The notes under the pieces were generated by a model. That model saw only the letters and a program-made list of their open reading frames with translations, searched no databases and was not told the origin of the DNA. The position numbers were made by a program, and so were the translations under genes. 64,000 nt of DNA, taken from the NCBI GenBank assembly GCA_045105515.1, contig JBGCDR010000156.1, positions 66,061 through 130,060 of the forward strand, written 5' to 3'. The first letter of the stretch is position 1. Each line of letters begins with the position of its first letter. The DNA is from Oligoflexales bacterium (GTDB lineage: Bacteria; Bdellovibrionota_B; Oligoflexia; Oligoflexales; Bog-1112). Positions 1-8,947 of the stretch are shown here, in pieces.

Positions 1-875
1 ATAACTTCTCGTTTTACCGAAATCTGCTGAGTAGACATAGCCCCTTCTCTAAGTAACGAAAGTCTTACATTAGTACCTGGATCTCCACGCATGTGCTCAA
101 CTAAATCACCCAAAGAATAGCCATAAGTATCCATACCATCTATAGAAAGAATACGGTCTTTTATAGTGATACCTACCCTTTCTGCTGGACTTCGAGGCAA
201 GGGTTTAATCACTGTTAACAACTGGTCTCGCATTCCAACCAGGACTCCTAACCCTCCAAAAGTACCTTCTGTTCCTTGTTTTAATTCTTTATAAGAATCT
301 TTTGACAATAGATTGCTATGAGCATCTAAGGTGCTTACCAAACCTCGAAGCAGAAACACTAAAGAACGTTCCTGTCTATTTGAGAATCTCTTAGAACTAT
401 CAAATAATTCCACTTTATTACTGATAAATCTACTAATCTGGAATACATAATTTAACAGTTGCTCATGACCAAATTCAAAGGGAATAGCAAGTTCCAATTC
501 TTGATCATCTAGTGTTAAAACTACTTCGTTTGCAAAGTTTTTCACATTTAAATCTAGACTACTTTCAAGCGAAAAAAGTATTGCGTCAAAAATCAATTTT
601 TCAGCTACTCTTCCTGAATCAACGTAGTAATTTTTTACAATGGATAAGACCGAATCGACTAATAAAATATTGGCATATCTTAGTTCTTCTGAAGTTTCGT
701 TCAGCCTTCCAGAAACAGTTATCGAAACATCTTCTACTGCTTCAATATTGGGGCGGTTTAGCAAACTGTCAAAGTAACTCAAAAGAGTTGATTTCTGAGT
801 TCCAATTACACCGACAAACACTAAATAAAGAAAAGTAGTAATCAGAATTCGAGTTTTTTTCATTCCAGTAACCAT
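1..875 (-). CDS. S41 family carboxy-terminal protease with PDZ domain (5' part only; runs off the window)
   Basis: Not in the ORF track because it is truncated. Manual translation from ATG 875/863 gives MKKTRILITTFLYLVFVGVIG (TM/signal), then VKNYYVD, LVSTLDAHS, GTFGGLGV, SPAERVGI..KDRISSIDG and MRGDPGT, the CtpA/Prc N-terminal and PDZ signature. Confidence 0.85.
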   Translation of the reverse strand, partial: MVTGMKKTRILITTFLYLVFVGVIGTQKSTLLSYFDSLLNRPNIEAVEDVSITVSGRLNETSEELRYANILLVDSVLSIVKNYYVDSGRVAEKLIFDAILFSLESSLDLNVKNFANEVVLTLDDQELELAIPFEFGHEQLLNYVFQISRFISNKVELFDSSKRFSNRQERSLVFLLRGLVSTLDAHSNLLSKDSYKELKQGTEGTFGGLGVLVGMRDQLLTVIKPLPRSPAERVGITIKDRILSIDGMDTYGYSLGDLVEHMRGDPGTNVRLSLLREGAMSTQQISVKREV

Positions 876-1221
876 AAAGCCCCTTTTTGCACTTGGTCCT
901 TATCGTCGCTAGGCAAAAATTGATTAATTACTGTTGCTAAATATTGAAAAGTTTGGAACTAAAAAAGGCAATAAATTGTCATTTTATAGACACTTATATT
1001 TGAAATGATGTCTAAATACCCATTACATTACAGCAGTGTTTTTTTTCCTATTAAATTTTTTTCCAACAAAATCGGGTCACAAAATATACTTATAAACAAT
1101 TGTAATTAATTAAATAAATTATTTTTTTTAACTTTTTTAATATATTAAATTAAAAAATAGCAAATTTGACCGATAAGTTAATTAGGGGAATTTCGAAACT
1201 GAGTTTCAATACGGAGTATTT

Positions 1222-2754
1222 ATGCCCTGTTACAAGAATTTATTAAATGTGGTTGATGGCTCATTGACCAGGGCAACATCATTATTCCTACTACATCGAT
1301 GTATTCAAAATCTGATCTTGTCCACTGTTATTATGACTTTTTTAGGAATTTTTTCCAGCAACAATAGCTTTGCCTTAAACAGTGACCGAGATCTCGAAAT
1401 ACAGGCCTGGATTGCCGACGACTCTGAATTAATTGCACTCGAAAATAAGATCGTCAAAGAAATTCAGAAAAACCCTCAAAGTGCATACCATCACTATTTA
1501 CTCTCGCACACTTACGTTAGAATATTTGCACTTAACCCTAACCGTATAGACCTACTAAACAAAGCTTCATCATTGGCTGATCAAGCGATCCAGTTATCTC
1601 CTGAAGAGGAATTTGGCTATTTAGCCCTCGCAGATATTATGGATATTATGGGGAAGTCTGAACATGGTATGACAGTTTTAACTGATGCTAAATCAAGGCT
1701 AAGTTCAACCCCATCATGGAGATTTGAATTTACTATTGCAAGACTTTCTGCAGATAGTCAAGATTTTCAATCAGTGTTGGAAAAAATCGATTCTTGTTTA
1801 AACCATAAAGAAACTAAGAGAGATATTGTAATTCCATATGCAATCACAGTTCTACAAGCTAATTTCGAAAATGAACGCCTCTATCAGGCTCTTTCAAAAT
1901 GGAATCAAAATCATCCTCATTACCTGTTTGATCTCATGCAAGCGGTTACCTTAACGGAAATGAAAAAGTATAAGCAAGCACATGAGAAATATACTCAACT
2001 AAGAAAAGCTAATCCAACACTTGAAGAAGCTATTATCAATGATGCCGTACTACTATATAAACACTTGGATAACAAAAAACTTGCGCGCAAACTTTTAAAC
2101 GTAGCTTTGGTCATTAACTCAGGAAGTGACGATGTGTTCGCCGTAATACATGCTCATTTAGGTTCTGTATCAGTAGCATCAAAAAATTTCGAGCTAGCAC
2201 GCAAACACTACGTAACTTCGGTAACCTCTACCTCGCAGCAGGTTCTCACTGTTGAGTATATCCTTACCATTTACAAAGAACATGGTGCCTATAGTCAACT
2301 TGCAAAAGTATTAGAAGACATTGTAATTGAAATTCCAGGCCATGCTGAACTTTACGCACTTCTTGGAGAGCTTTATTCAGAAAAACTAGACAAGCACGAG
2401 CTAGCCGCAAAAAGTTATAAGAACGCAGCTATTTTAAATCCTGATAATGGACAATTTCTAACCTCTTTGGGCTTAACATACTATAAGATGAAATCGTACA
2501 AACAAGCTATTCAAGCATTTGACGAGGCTGTTCAAATTAACCCAGAAGATTCCATCGCACTTTACAACAAAGCATGTGTACTCGCTTTGATTAATCGTTC
2601 TGATGAAGCACTCATTGTCTTAAACAAAGCAATACAGCTTAACCCGAGTCTTCAAAAAATGGCTCAAGAGGATAACGACTTTATCAACGTTAAGGATCTT
2701 CCACATTTCCGTCTAATAACTCACGAGAGAAATTGGAATAGCCAGCACAATTAG
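1222..2754 (+). CDS. Tetratricopeptide-repeat protein, probably exported
   Basis: C-terminal TPRs (LGLTYYKMKSYKQAIQAFDEAVQINP; ALYNKACVLALINRSDEALIVLNKAIQLNP); hydrophobic N-terminal stretch; true start may be downstream. Confidence 0.85.
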   Translation: MPCYKNLLNVVDGSLTRATSLFLLHRCIQNLILSTVIMTFLGIFSSNNSFALNSDRDLEIQAWIADDSELIALENKIVKEIQKNPQSAYHHYLLSHTYVRIFALNPNRIDLLNKASSLADQAIQLSPEEEFGYLALADIMDIMGKSEHGMTVLTDAKSRLSSTPSWRFEFTIARLSADSQDFQSVLEKIDSCLNHKETKRDIVIPYAITVLQANFENERLYQALSKWNQNHPHYLFDLMQAVTLTEMKKYKQAHEKYTQLRKANPTLEEAIINDAVLLYKHLDNKKLARKLLNVALVINSGSDDVFAVIHAHLGSVSVASKNFELARKHYVTSVTSTSQQVLTVEYILTIYKEHGAYSQLAKVLEDIVIEIPGHAELYALLGELYSEKLDKHELAAKSYKNAAILNPDNGQFLTSLGLTYYKMKSYKQAIQAFDEAVQINPEDSIALYNKACVLALINRSDEALIVLNKAIQLNPSLQKMAQEDNDFINVKDLPHFRLITHERNWNSQHN

Positions 2755-2881
2755 TGAATTGTGCAAAATTGAAGAAACCTATCAAATTTATCAATATCAA
2801 ACTTTATTGTATTAGCATCTTTCAGACCTCGAAGAAGTGAGTGATCCAATTTGTGGAATAGAGGCACTCAATATCCTCCTC

Positions 2882-4078
2882 CTAAACAAGAAGTTCTTGT
2901 TTTCTTTCATAAAGTAGGAGTGGAGCAACTTTTTTACAGTACTCGTCAATTCCCCAAAGCCAGAATTTGTCATTTTTATCATAGTTTTCTAGGCGACTCA
3001 CTGACGCTTCACCACCAATAATTATTTTAATTGGTAAAGTATCAAACTCGTACTCGTATGGCTTCTGAGAGAACTCAAACCGTCCATCGCTTAGGTCCCA
3101 AAATGATTTGAGCAGCGAGAGGGTAAGCTGATAGCTTGCAATCAAACTAGGGTCCAATATATGAATCTGAACCCCCCGGCACTCCTGCCCCATCCATTTT
3201 CCCGAAGTTGGTTCAAACATTGCTTCACGGAAATGAACTCCTTGCGGCTTACCTCCCCAATAGTCTTGAAAACGTTTAATGAGCTTTTGTGGGTCTTTAC
3301 AATACGGTGCTCCAATAAGCTGAAAAGGTAGTCCTGTTCCTCTGCCTTCGGAAATATTGGTCCCTTCAAAAATAACTGTGCCAGGGTACACAAACACAGG
3401 ATCTAGGGTCGGTAAATTTGGAGAGGTCAATACCCAATGCCTTCCCGTAGCTCGCCAGTCTTCTCGAGCATTCCAACCTTCAAGTGCTACCACTTCCAGC
3501 TCTGCACCAATATCAATATTAAAGAAAAGTGCGGCCTCACCAGCCGACAAACCATGCCTCATGGGCATAGTAAACTGCCCTACAAATGAATAATTTTTAG
3601 GCTCTACGCACCGTCCTTCTATAAATCGCCCTCCTACAGGGTTCGGACGATCGAGCACCACAACGTTTTTATTAAACTTCTTTGCAGCTCTTAAGCAACC
3701 AGCAATAGTGGACTTGAAGGTATAGATCCTGCACCCTGTAATTTGTAAGTCGATGATTATGGTATCTATACCTTCGAGCATACTTTGAGTCGGCTCTCTA
3801 GTTTCTGAATAAAGACTATAAATTGGCCTTCCACTAGAGGCATGAACAGTATGTTCAGTTTCGATCATATTATCTTGAACAGTTCCCAAAAAACCATGCT
3901 GGGGCCCAAATAAGCAGACAAAACGCTCTCCCAGAATATCTTCAAGAATATTGACACCATGAGCCCAATCTGTACATAAAGACGCCTGGTTACAGACATA
4001 AGCACATTTTCCCCAGTTTTGACTCATTTTAGGGTTATTTCGCAAAACTTCTAAGCCAACCAGCATATTTGCATCCAT
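2882..4078 (-). CDS. Exo-beta-N-acetylmuramidase NamZ family (DUF1343)
   Basis: Motifs FGPQHGF, SLYSETREPT, DLQITGCRIYTF, LDRPNP, MRHGL, TSPNLP, EGTNISEGRGT. Confidence 0.9.
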   Translation of the reverse strand: MDANMLVGLEVLRNNPKMSQNWGKCAYVCNQASLCTDWAHGVNILEDILGERFVCLFGPQHGFLGTVQDNMIETEHTVHASSGRPIYSLYSETREPTQSMLEGIDTIIIDLQITGCRIYTFKSTIAGCLRAAKKFNKNVVVLDRPNPVGGRFIEGRCVEPKNYSFVGQFTMPMRHGLSAGEAALFFNIDIGAELEVVALEGWNAREDWRATGRHWVLTSPNLPTLDPVFVYPGTVIFEGTNISEGRGTGLPFQLIGAPYCKDPQKLIKRFQDYWGGKPQGVHFREAMFEPTSGKWMGQECRGVQIHILDPSLIASYQLTLSLLKSFWDLSDGRFEFSQKPYEYEFDTLPIKIIIGGEASVSRLENYDKNDKFWLWGIDEYCKKVAPLLLYERKQELLV

Positions 4079-4174
4079 GAATATTTCAATACCTCTTGAC
4101 TGAAAAAAAAATACGATTCTTTAGTATATGGGGGAGATTGATTATTTTAAAGTACGTAACACCTAAAGAGGACT

Positions 4175-4594
4175 CTATGAAGCTGCGCCACTAGGATCTT
4201 CACTTTCAACGTCTTGGCCCTCATTCTGCTCTTCCAGTTTTTTGCTGATAAAATCAATGAGATTTTGCTCTTCATCAGGCTCTATCTGAATAATGCGAAT
4301 GGCAATACCTGGTCCAGTTACTTTAGCTGCTTCATCAGTCGGGTATACAACTCGTGCCATCTTGCCATTGAAGAATATGGTTTCATCACTGCCAATTGCC
4401 ATCCAGACTTCCATGATGCTTGAAGGAGTAAAGGGAAACCTTCCCGGTTTCTCGAAGTCTAAGAAAAAGCCATTGTTGGAAATATCACGCGTCATGAGGT
4501 TGTATTTCACATCAGAACCGATCGAACCCATGGTGACGGTCAAAGGGGATTCAAGATGTACTCTAATTACGCGCCGGTTGTCCCTGCTTCCCAT
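4175..4594 (-). CDS. Stand-alone PilZ domain protein (putative c-di-GMP receptor)
   Basis: RxxxR (RRVIR) and D/NxSxxG (DISNNG) motifs are both intact. Confidence 0.8.
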   Translation of the reverse strand: MGSRDNRRVIRVHLESPLTVTMGSIGSDVKYNLMTRDISNNGFFLDFEKPGRFPFTPSSIMEVWMAIGSDETIFFNGKMARVVYPTDEAAKVTGPGIAIRIIQIEPDEEQNLIDFISKKLEEQNEGQDVESEDPSGAAS

Positions 4595-4613
4595 ACGAAG
4601 CTCCCTTCAATAG

Positions 4614-4646
4614 TAATAAAGTCCGATGAATGATCGGACTTTATTA
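4614..4646. terminator. Perfect 14-bp inverted repeat (bidirectional terminator or operator) between the dsbA-like and pilZ genes
   Basis: TAATAAAGTCCGAT-gaatg-ATCGGACTTTATTA. Confidence 0.55.
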
Positions 4647-4692
4647 TAAGGATCTTGAGATTTTTTTCTCGGGAAATGAAAAGTGGCAAGAA

Positions 4693-5784
4693 TTAGGACT
4701 TTTTAGACTGCTTGGCTAGCTCATCATCGATAACCCTTTTAAACTCTTCAAATGGCAGTGCTCCAGATAGCCTTCTGCCGTTGATAAAGAATGCAGGAGT
4801 GCCCGACACACCTACGCTGACTCCGGTTTGCATATTGGTATCAATTAAAGCAAGTGCTTTCTGTGGCTCTGCCACACATTTTTTATATTTATCCTTATCC
4901 AGTTTTATTTTTTCGGCATAGCTGTTTAAATCTTTATCCGACAAACTACGTTGATTATCGAACAAAATAGAGTACATTTCCCAAAATTTACCCTGGAATG
5001 CGGCACATTTTGCAGCTACTGCCGCTGGTTTTGCTCTATCGTGAAAGTCTAAAGGGAAGTCCCTTACGATCCATCTTATTTTACCTTCGTATTCTTTTAA
5101 TAATTGCTTAGTAGTTGGGATTACCCTTGCGCAAAAAGGGCACTGATACTCTGAATATTCAACAATTGTGATTGCACAATCGTCACCCTTGCACCCTACA
5201 GGCTTAGTCGCTTTACTATCTTCAGCATGATACCTAACGTGATCATCAGAAGTTACTTTAATGCCATAGACAGGCTCACTTGGTCTTGGGTAACTGACCA
5301 ACAAATTCCCTGCTTTTTGGCCATCACTGATAATAGCTTGTACAATTTCTTGCTCTCCCCGAATCTTTAGAAGATTACGAATCTGAGTTTCTTGCTCTGC
5401 TTTTGGAAGGTCTTTCAACTTGGGGTGACTTTTATATTTATCGAGGGTATCTTTTATTTCCTTATCAGTAAATTTAACGTGTTTGTCCATGTACCGCTCA
5501 CGAGCCGCATCAGCTGAAATCTTCTGCTCGTCACCCATTTTTTTGAAATATGCATCCAAATATGCCTGCCTAGCGATGCCTTCAATCAACTGATATTTTT
5601 CTTTTTCAAGACGATAAAATTTATCTTGCTCAAGCTTCATGAGTTCTTCGGTAGTGGTAACCGTGCCATTGATTTTAAAGGCGTCTTTCGAAAAACTGGA
5701 CTCCGAATAAGCTATGGAGATAATTAGGCCAGCTAAACAAGCAAAGCCACGTGACCAAAATTTAGACAAATTTCTTAGTTTCAT
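4693..5784 (-). CDS. DsbA-family thioredoxin-fold oxidoreductase with N-terminal helical domain
   Basis: YSEYQCPFC active site, RDFPL, GVSGTPAFFING cis-Pro loop and a signal peptide. Start placed at ATG 5784 after an AGGAG RBS (ORF track starts at 5802). Confidence 0.85.
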   Translation of the reverse strand: MKLRNLSKFWSRGFACLAGLIISIAYSESSFSKDAFKINGTVTTTEELMKLEQDKFYRLEKEKYQLIEGIARQAYLDAYFKKMGDEQKISADAARERYMDKHVKFTDKEIKDTLDKYKSHPKLKDLPKAEQETQIRNLLKIRGEQEIVQAIISDGQKAGNLLVSYPRPSEPVYGIKVTSDDHVRYHAEDSKATKPVGCKGDDCAITIVEYSEYQCPFCARVIPTTKQLLKEYEGKIRWIVRDFPLDFHDRAKPAAVAAKCAAFQGKFWEMYSILFDNQRSLSDKDLNSYAEKIKLDKDKYKKCVAEPQKALALIDTNMQTGVSVGVSGTPAFFINGRRLSGALPFEEFKRVIDDELAKQSKKS

Positions 5785-6236
5785 GAATACTCCTAGAATC
5801 ATTATCGTCTAAGTTGATATCTCATTACCATGATGAGAGCAATATGAACATGGTTCGATTTAGCTAGCGAACCCAACTTAAGCCTGCAATAATATAGCCC
5901 TGAAAGAAGTTCTGTCTATGCTTTACTAAAGAATAAATGCATTTATGAGCGAGGTAAGTTTATTTATTAAAATAGAAAACTCATAGAACCTCTTTATTTG
6001 CAGGAATTAGTTGGCCAAAGTATATTTGCAAGCTACCCTTGTTACAATATGCTTCTTAAGCATAATAAAAAAGTGCTGCATACCAAAACATGCTACCAAG
6101 GAAGAAAGCAAGAAGTTAATCCATCGACACTAAGCTTTAGGGTTCTAGGCACAGTAATGATGATAGAGTAGAATTCCCCATCTATTATCGTCCATTGTTT
6201 TACTATTTTGGCAATTCGACAAACAGGAGTATAGAA

Positions 6237-6770
6237 GTGAGTGAAGAAATTCGACTAGTTTGGATGGATCTTGAAATGACAGGCCTTATTCCTGAAAGAG
6301 ATCAGATACTGGAAATCGCTACAATCATAACTAATATTGACCTTAAGACGATAGCCAGCGGCCCAGAACTGGTCATTCACCAAAATAATGAAGTGTTAGA
6401 TGCCATGGATGAATGGAATCAAAACCACCACAAGAAATCAGGGCTGATTAGCAGGGTCCAGCATTCTAAAATGACTTTAAAAGAAGCTGAAACTACAACA
6501 CTTGAATTTATCAAGGCACACGTAGAAGAAAATAAAGGTATCCTTGCAGGAAATTCAATTTGGCAAGATCGTAGGTTTATCATTCAGCATATGCCAGACA
6601 TTGATAATTACCTTCACTATCGCTTGGTGGATGTAAGTGCCATAAAAACATTGGTCAATTCATGGTATCAATTAGCCCCCTTTCAGAAAAAAGAAGCCCA
6701 TCGTGCCAAATCAGATATAGAAGAAAGTATTCAGGAATTAAAATTCTACAGAGAAAAATGCTTTAAATAA
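6237..6770 (+). CDS. orn: Oligoribonuclease
   Basis: VWMDLEMTGL, EIATIIT, MDEWNQNHHKKSGL, GNSIWQDRRF, HYRLVDVS, HRAKSDIEESI; GTG at 6237 preceded by AGGAG. Confidence 0.95.
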   Translation: MSEEIRLVWMDLEMTGLIPERDQILEIATIITNIDLKTIASGPELVIHQNNEVLDAMDEWNQNHHKKSGLISRVQHSKMTLKEAETTTLEFIKAHVEENKGILAGNSIWQDRRFIIQHMPDIDNYLHYRLVDVSAIKTLVNSWYQLAPFQKKEAHRAKSDIEESIQELKFYREKCFK

Positions 6771-6808
6771 AAAGACATAATTCCATGGCTAAAGCATCAA
6801 ATTTGCTA

Positions 6809-7654
6809 TTAATTGAAAATATTAAGCTTTTTTTGGTAAAACTTAGGAAGCTCAAAGCAAGCATGAATCATAGAGTGGCTCAAATAGTTTAACTCTGGTT
6901 CTACCTTGGCAAAACGCTCAAAATTAAACTGGTCAGTCTCAATCGGACTATGGGATCCCAATGTCCACGACCATAAACCTCTAGGATAAGTAGGTACAGA
7001 GGCTATATAGGGCTTCACATATTCAAAGCCAGATCGAATATTTCGGTGAATTCGGTTTAAAAAATCTGCTTCAGCCCAAGGAGATTCTGATTGCGCAACC
7101 ATCAAACCATCGGGCTTTAAAGATTTAGCAACTGACCGGTAAAACTCTCCTGTGAAAAGCCCTTCTCCAGGCCCTACTGGATCGGTAGAGTCGATAATCA
7201 TTAAATCAACTTGGTTTTCAAGCTCTTTTACGAATTCTATCCCATCACATACTTTAACTTTTACTTTGGGGTGCTCAAGTCTTCCTGCTACTGCTGGGAA
7301 AAACTTCTTACAGACGTCGACGACCATACCATCGATCTCGCAGAGAATGACTTCCTTAACACATTCATGCTTTACCAGCTCTCTTACCGTTCCTCCGTCT
7401 CCCCCTCCGATGACTACTACTTTTTCAGGATTTTTATGAAAACAGGCAGGTATATGAGAGATCAGCTCATGGTATACAAACTCATCTGACTCTGTAAGCA
7501 TAACAAAGTCATCTAATATCAACATCTTTCCGTATGCTAAGGTGTTAATCACTTTGATATCTTGAAACTTAGATTGATCTTCAAAAAGTTTCTCTTGAAA
7601 AGCATAGCCATACTCGATTTCACCATTCTCTACTTCTTTAAACCAATTTGTCAT
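6809..7654 (-). CDS. speE: Spermidine synthase (polyamine aminopropyltransferase)
   Basis: SKFQDI, DEFVYHE, VIGGGDGG, EID, DSTDPVGPG, QSESPW, VPTYPRGLW; likely start ATG 7654. Confidence 0.95.
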   Translation of the reverse strand: MTNWFKEVENGEIEYGYAFQEKLFEDQSKFQDIKVINTLAYGKMLILDDFVMLTESDEFVYHELISHIPACFHKNPEKVVVIGGGDGGTVRELVKHECVKEVILCEIDGMVVDVCKKFFPAVAGRLEHPKVKVKVCDGIEFVKELENQVDLMIIDSTDPVGPGEGLFTGEFYRSVAKSLKPDGLMVAQSESPWAEADFLNRIHRNIRSGFEYVKPYIASVPTYPRGLWSWTLGSHSPIETDQFNFERFAKVEPELNYLSHSMIHACFELPKFYQKKLNIFN

Positions 7655-7686
7655 CCTAAAACTCGATCCTCTCAATTTCTACTATG

Positions 7687-8241
7687 CTAGGTATTATTTT
7701 TTTTTTCTTGGTTTCTTACATATTCTAAAAAATTAGCGCTATCTTCTAGAATATGCTGATAGTTTCCTCGTCTGTTTTGGCCGCTATTATTATTTGAGTT
7801 ACTATAATTAGAATTATTATGGTTGGAAGATCGACCTCTATTATAGCCATTTTGAGATCCGTTCCTATAGGATTGCTTATGCCCAGACCGGTTACCACCC
7901 TGATTATAATTTCCCCCATTTGAGCTTTGCCTCATGGTGGATTTCCTTTCCATAATTTCCCAGGCTCTCAAAACTAGACCTTCTGCAAGCAATTCGCTAG
8001 CCAAGTCTTGAGGACTAACACCTTCTACTGAAGCTTTACTTTTGAGTTTCTTATACAAGGCTTTAGAAAGACTTATTGTAAGAGTATTTTCTTCTTTTTG
8101 CTGGTGCTTAAGACCAGTACTTTCTGGTTTTTGTTCCCTAACCTGACTCATAGACTCTTGATTAGAAGACTCAGGTGAAGACTGTGCCTTTTGGCTTTCA
8201 TCTATATTTTCGCTTAAATCTACCTTGTTTTCCTTGTCCAT
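7687..8241 (-). CDS. Hypothetical protein with a ribbon-helix-helix-like core flanked by disordered regions (Asn/Gly/Arg-rich C-terminus)
   Basis: GAGGTG RBS; TLTISLSKALYKKLKSKASVEGVSPQDLASELLAEGL has the beta-alpha-alpha pattern of CopG/Arc-type RHH domains. Confidence 0.55.
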   Translation of the reverse strand: MDKENKVDLSENIDESQKAQSSPESSNQESMSQVREQKPESTGLKHQQKEENTLTISLSKALYKKLKSKASVEGVSPQDLASELLAEGLVLRAWEIMERKSTMRQSSNGGNYNQGGNRSGHKQSYRNGSQNGYNRGRSSNHNNSNYSNSNNNSGQNRRGNYQHILEDSANFLEYVRNQEKKNNT

Positions 8242-8324
8242 GAAATCACCTCATAAAAAAAAGACATAAGATATTTAATTAATTAGAGAAATCAATAATT
8301 TTGCCGAGTGTCATGCTAAAACAC

Positions 8325-8478
8325 CTAGGGCATTAATATTTTGGTCAACAGCGTGTTGGTACGGGCATACATACCGAGGCCAGTAAATGACTGAAAAACC
8401 TTCCCGCAATTCCTAGGTATCAATAAATTTGTTGAAAATTAAAACTTTACAGTCGCCTATCTCTGCGAGAGTCTTCAT
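8325..8478 (-). promoter_or_regulatory. Candidate leader peptide / structured leader of the speE-containing operon (two uORF halves in frames offset by +1)
   Basis: ATG 8478 gives MKTLAEIGDCKVLIFNKFIDT* (TAG 8415-8413); the +1 frame gives RNCGKVFQSFTGLGMYARTNTLLTKILMP* (8414-8325). GC-rich island in an AT-rich intergenic region. Confidence 0.4.
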
Positions 8479-8947
8479 CCCGGCTCGACCATAGAATACT
8501 TGTATCCGCTTGCGGCTGCAAAATGTCTTTCTAATGCAAAAAATTTCCGCTTTCAGAAGATCTAAAATCACTAGGAGTACTTGTCTGTCACTCTAGTATA
8601 AATGCTTTGAAAACCTAAACAACTCATTCTTTACATTTAATTTCTCTTTAGCGCATCATCCCTAAAAGACAGGGAATTTCTTAGGCGGCTTAGCTTCCTA
8701 TTCAAGGACCCTTATTAGGTATCATTCCTCTTAATATTTTAGCAAGACATTTATGCTGATTTTTATCCAAACTACAGAGGATTAGAACCCGATAACAGCT
8801 GGTATCAAATTAGCTGCAATAGTATTATCGGCTTCTTACAAGTTTTCATTAGTTTTTTTATCCATTAGACTGAAAAACCACCACTTAGAGAATGACCTTA
8901 AGGTTGGATCCCCTATTAAATCTTAAACGAACTGTCAAGAGATTACC

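Noticed and set aside
512..838. 108-aa plus-strand ORF
   Set aside because: Antisense shadow of the S41 protease gene.
930..1170. Very AT-rich stretch as a possible replication origin
   Set aside because: No convincing TTATCCACA boxes and no dnaA/gidA context; better explained as a divergent promoter region.
8291..8306. Possible sigma54 site CGGCAAAATTATTGAT (minus strand) before the RHH-like gene
   Set aside because: The -12 dinucleotide is GA rather than GC and the first base deviates; too weak alone.
8340..8530. tmRNA, SAM riboswitch or other known RNA family
   Set aside because: No tRNA-like ends or tag reading frame and no SAM-I core motifs that I could recognise; kept only as a candidate leader.
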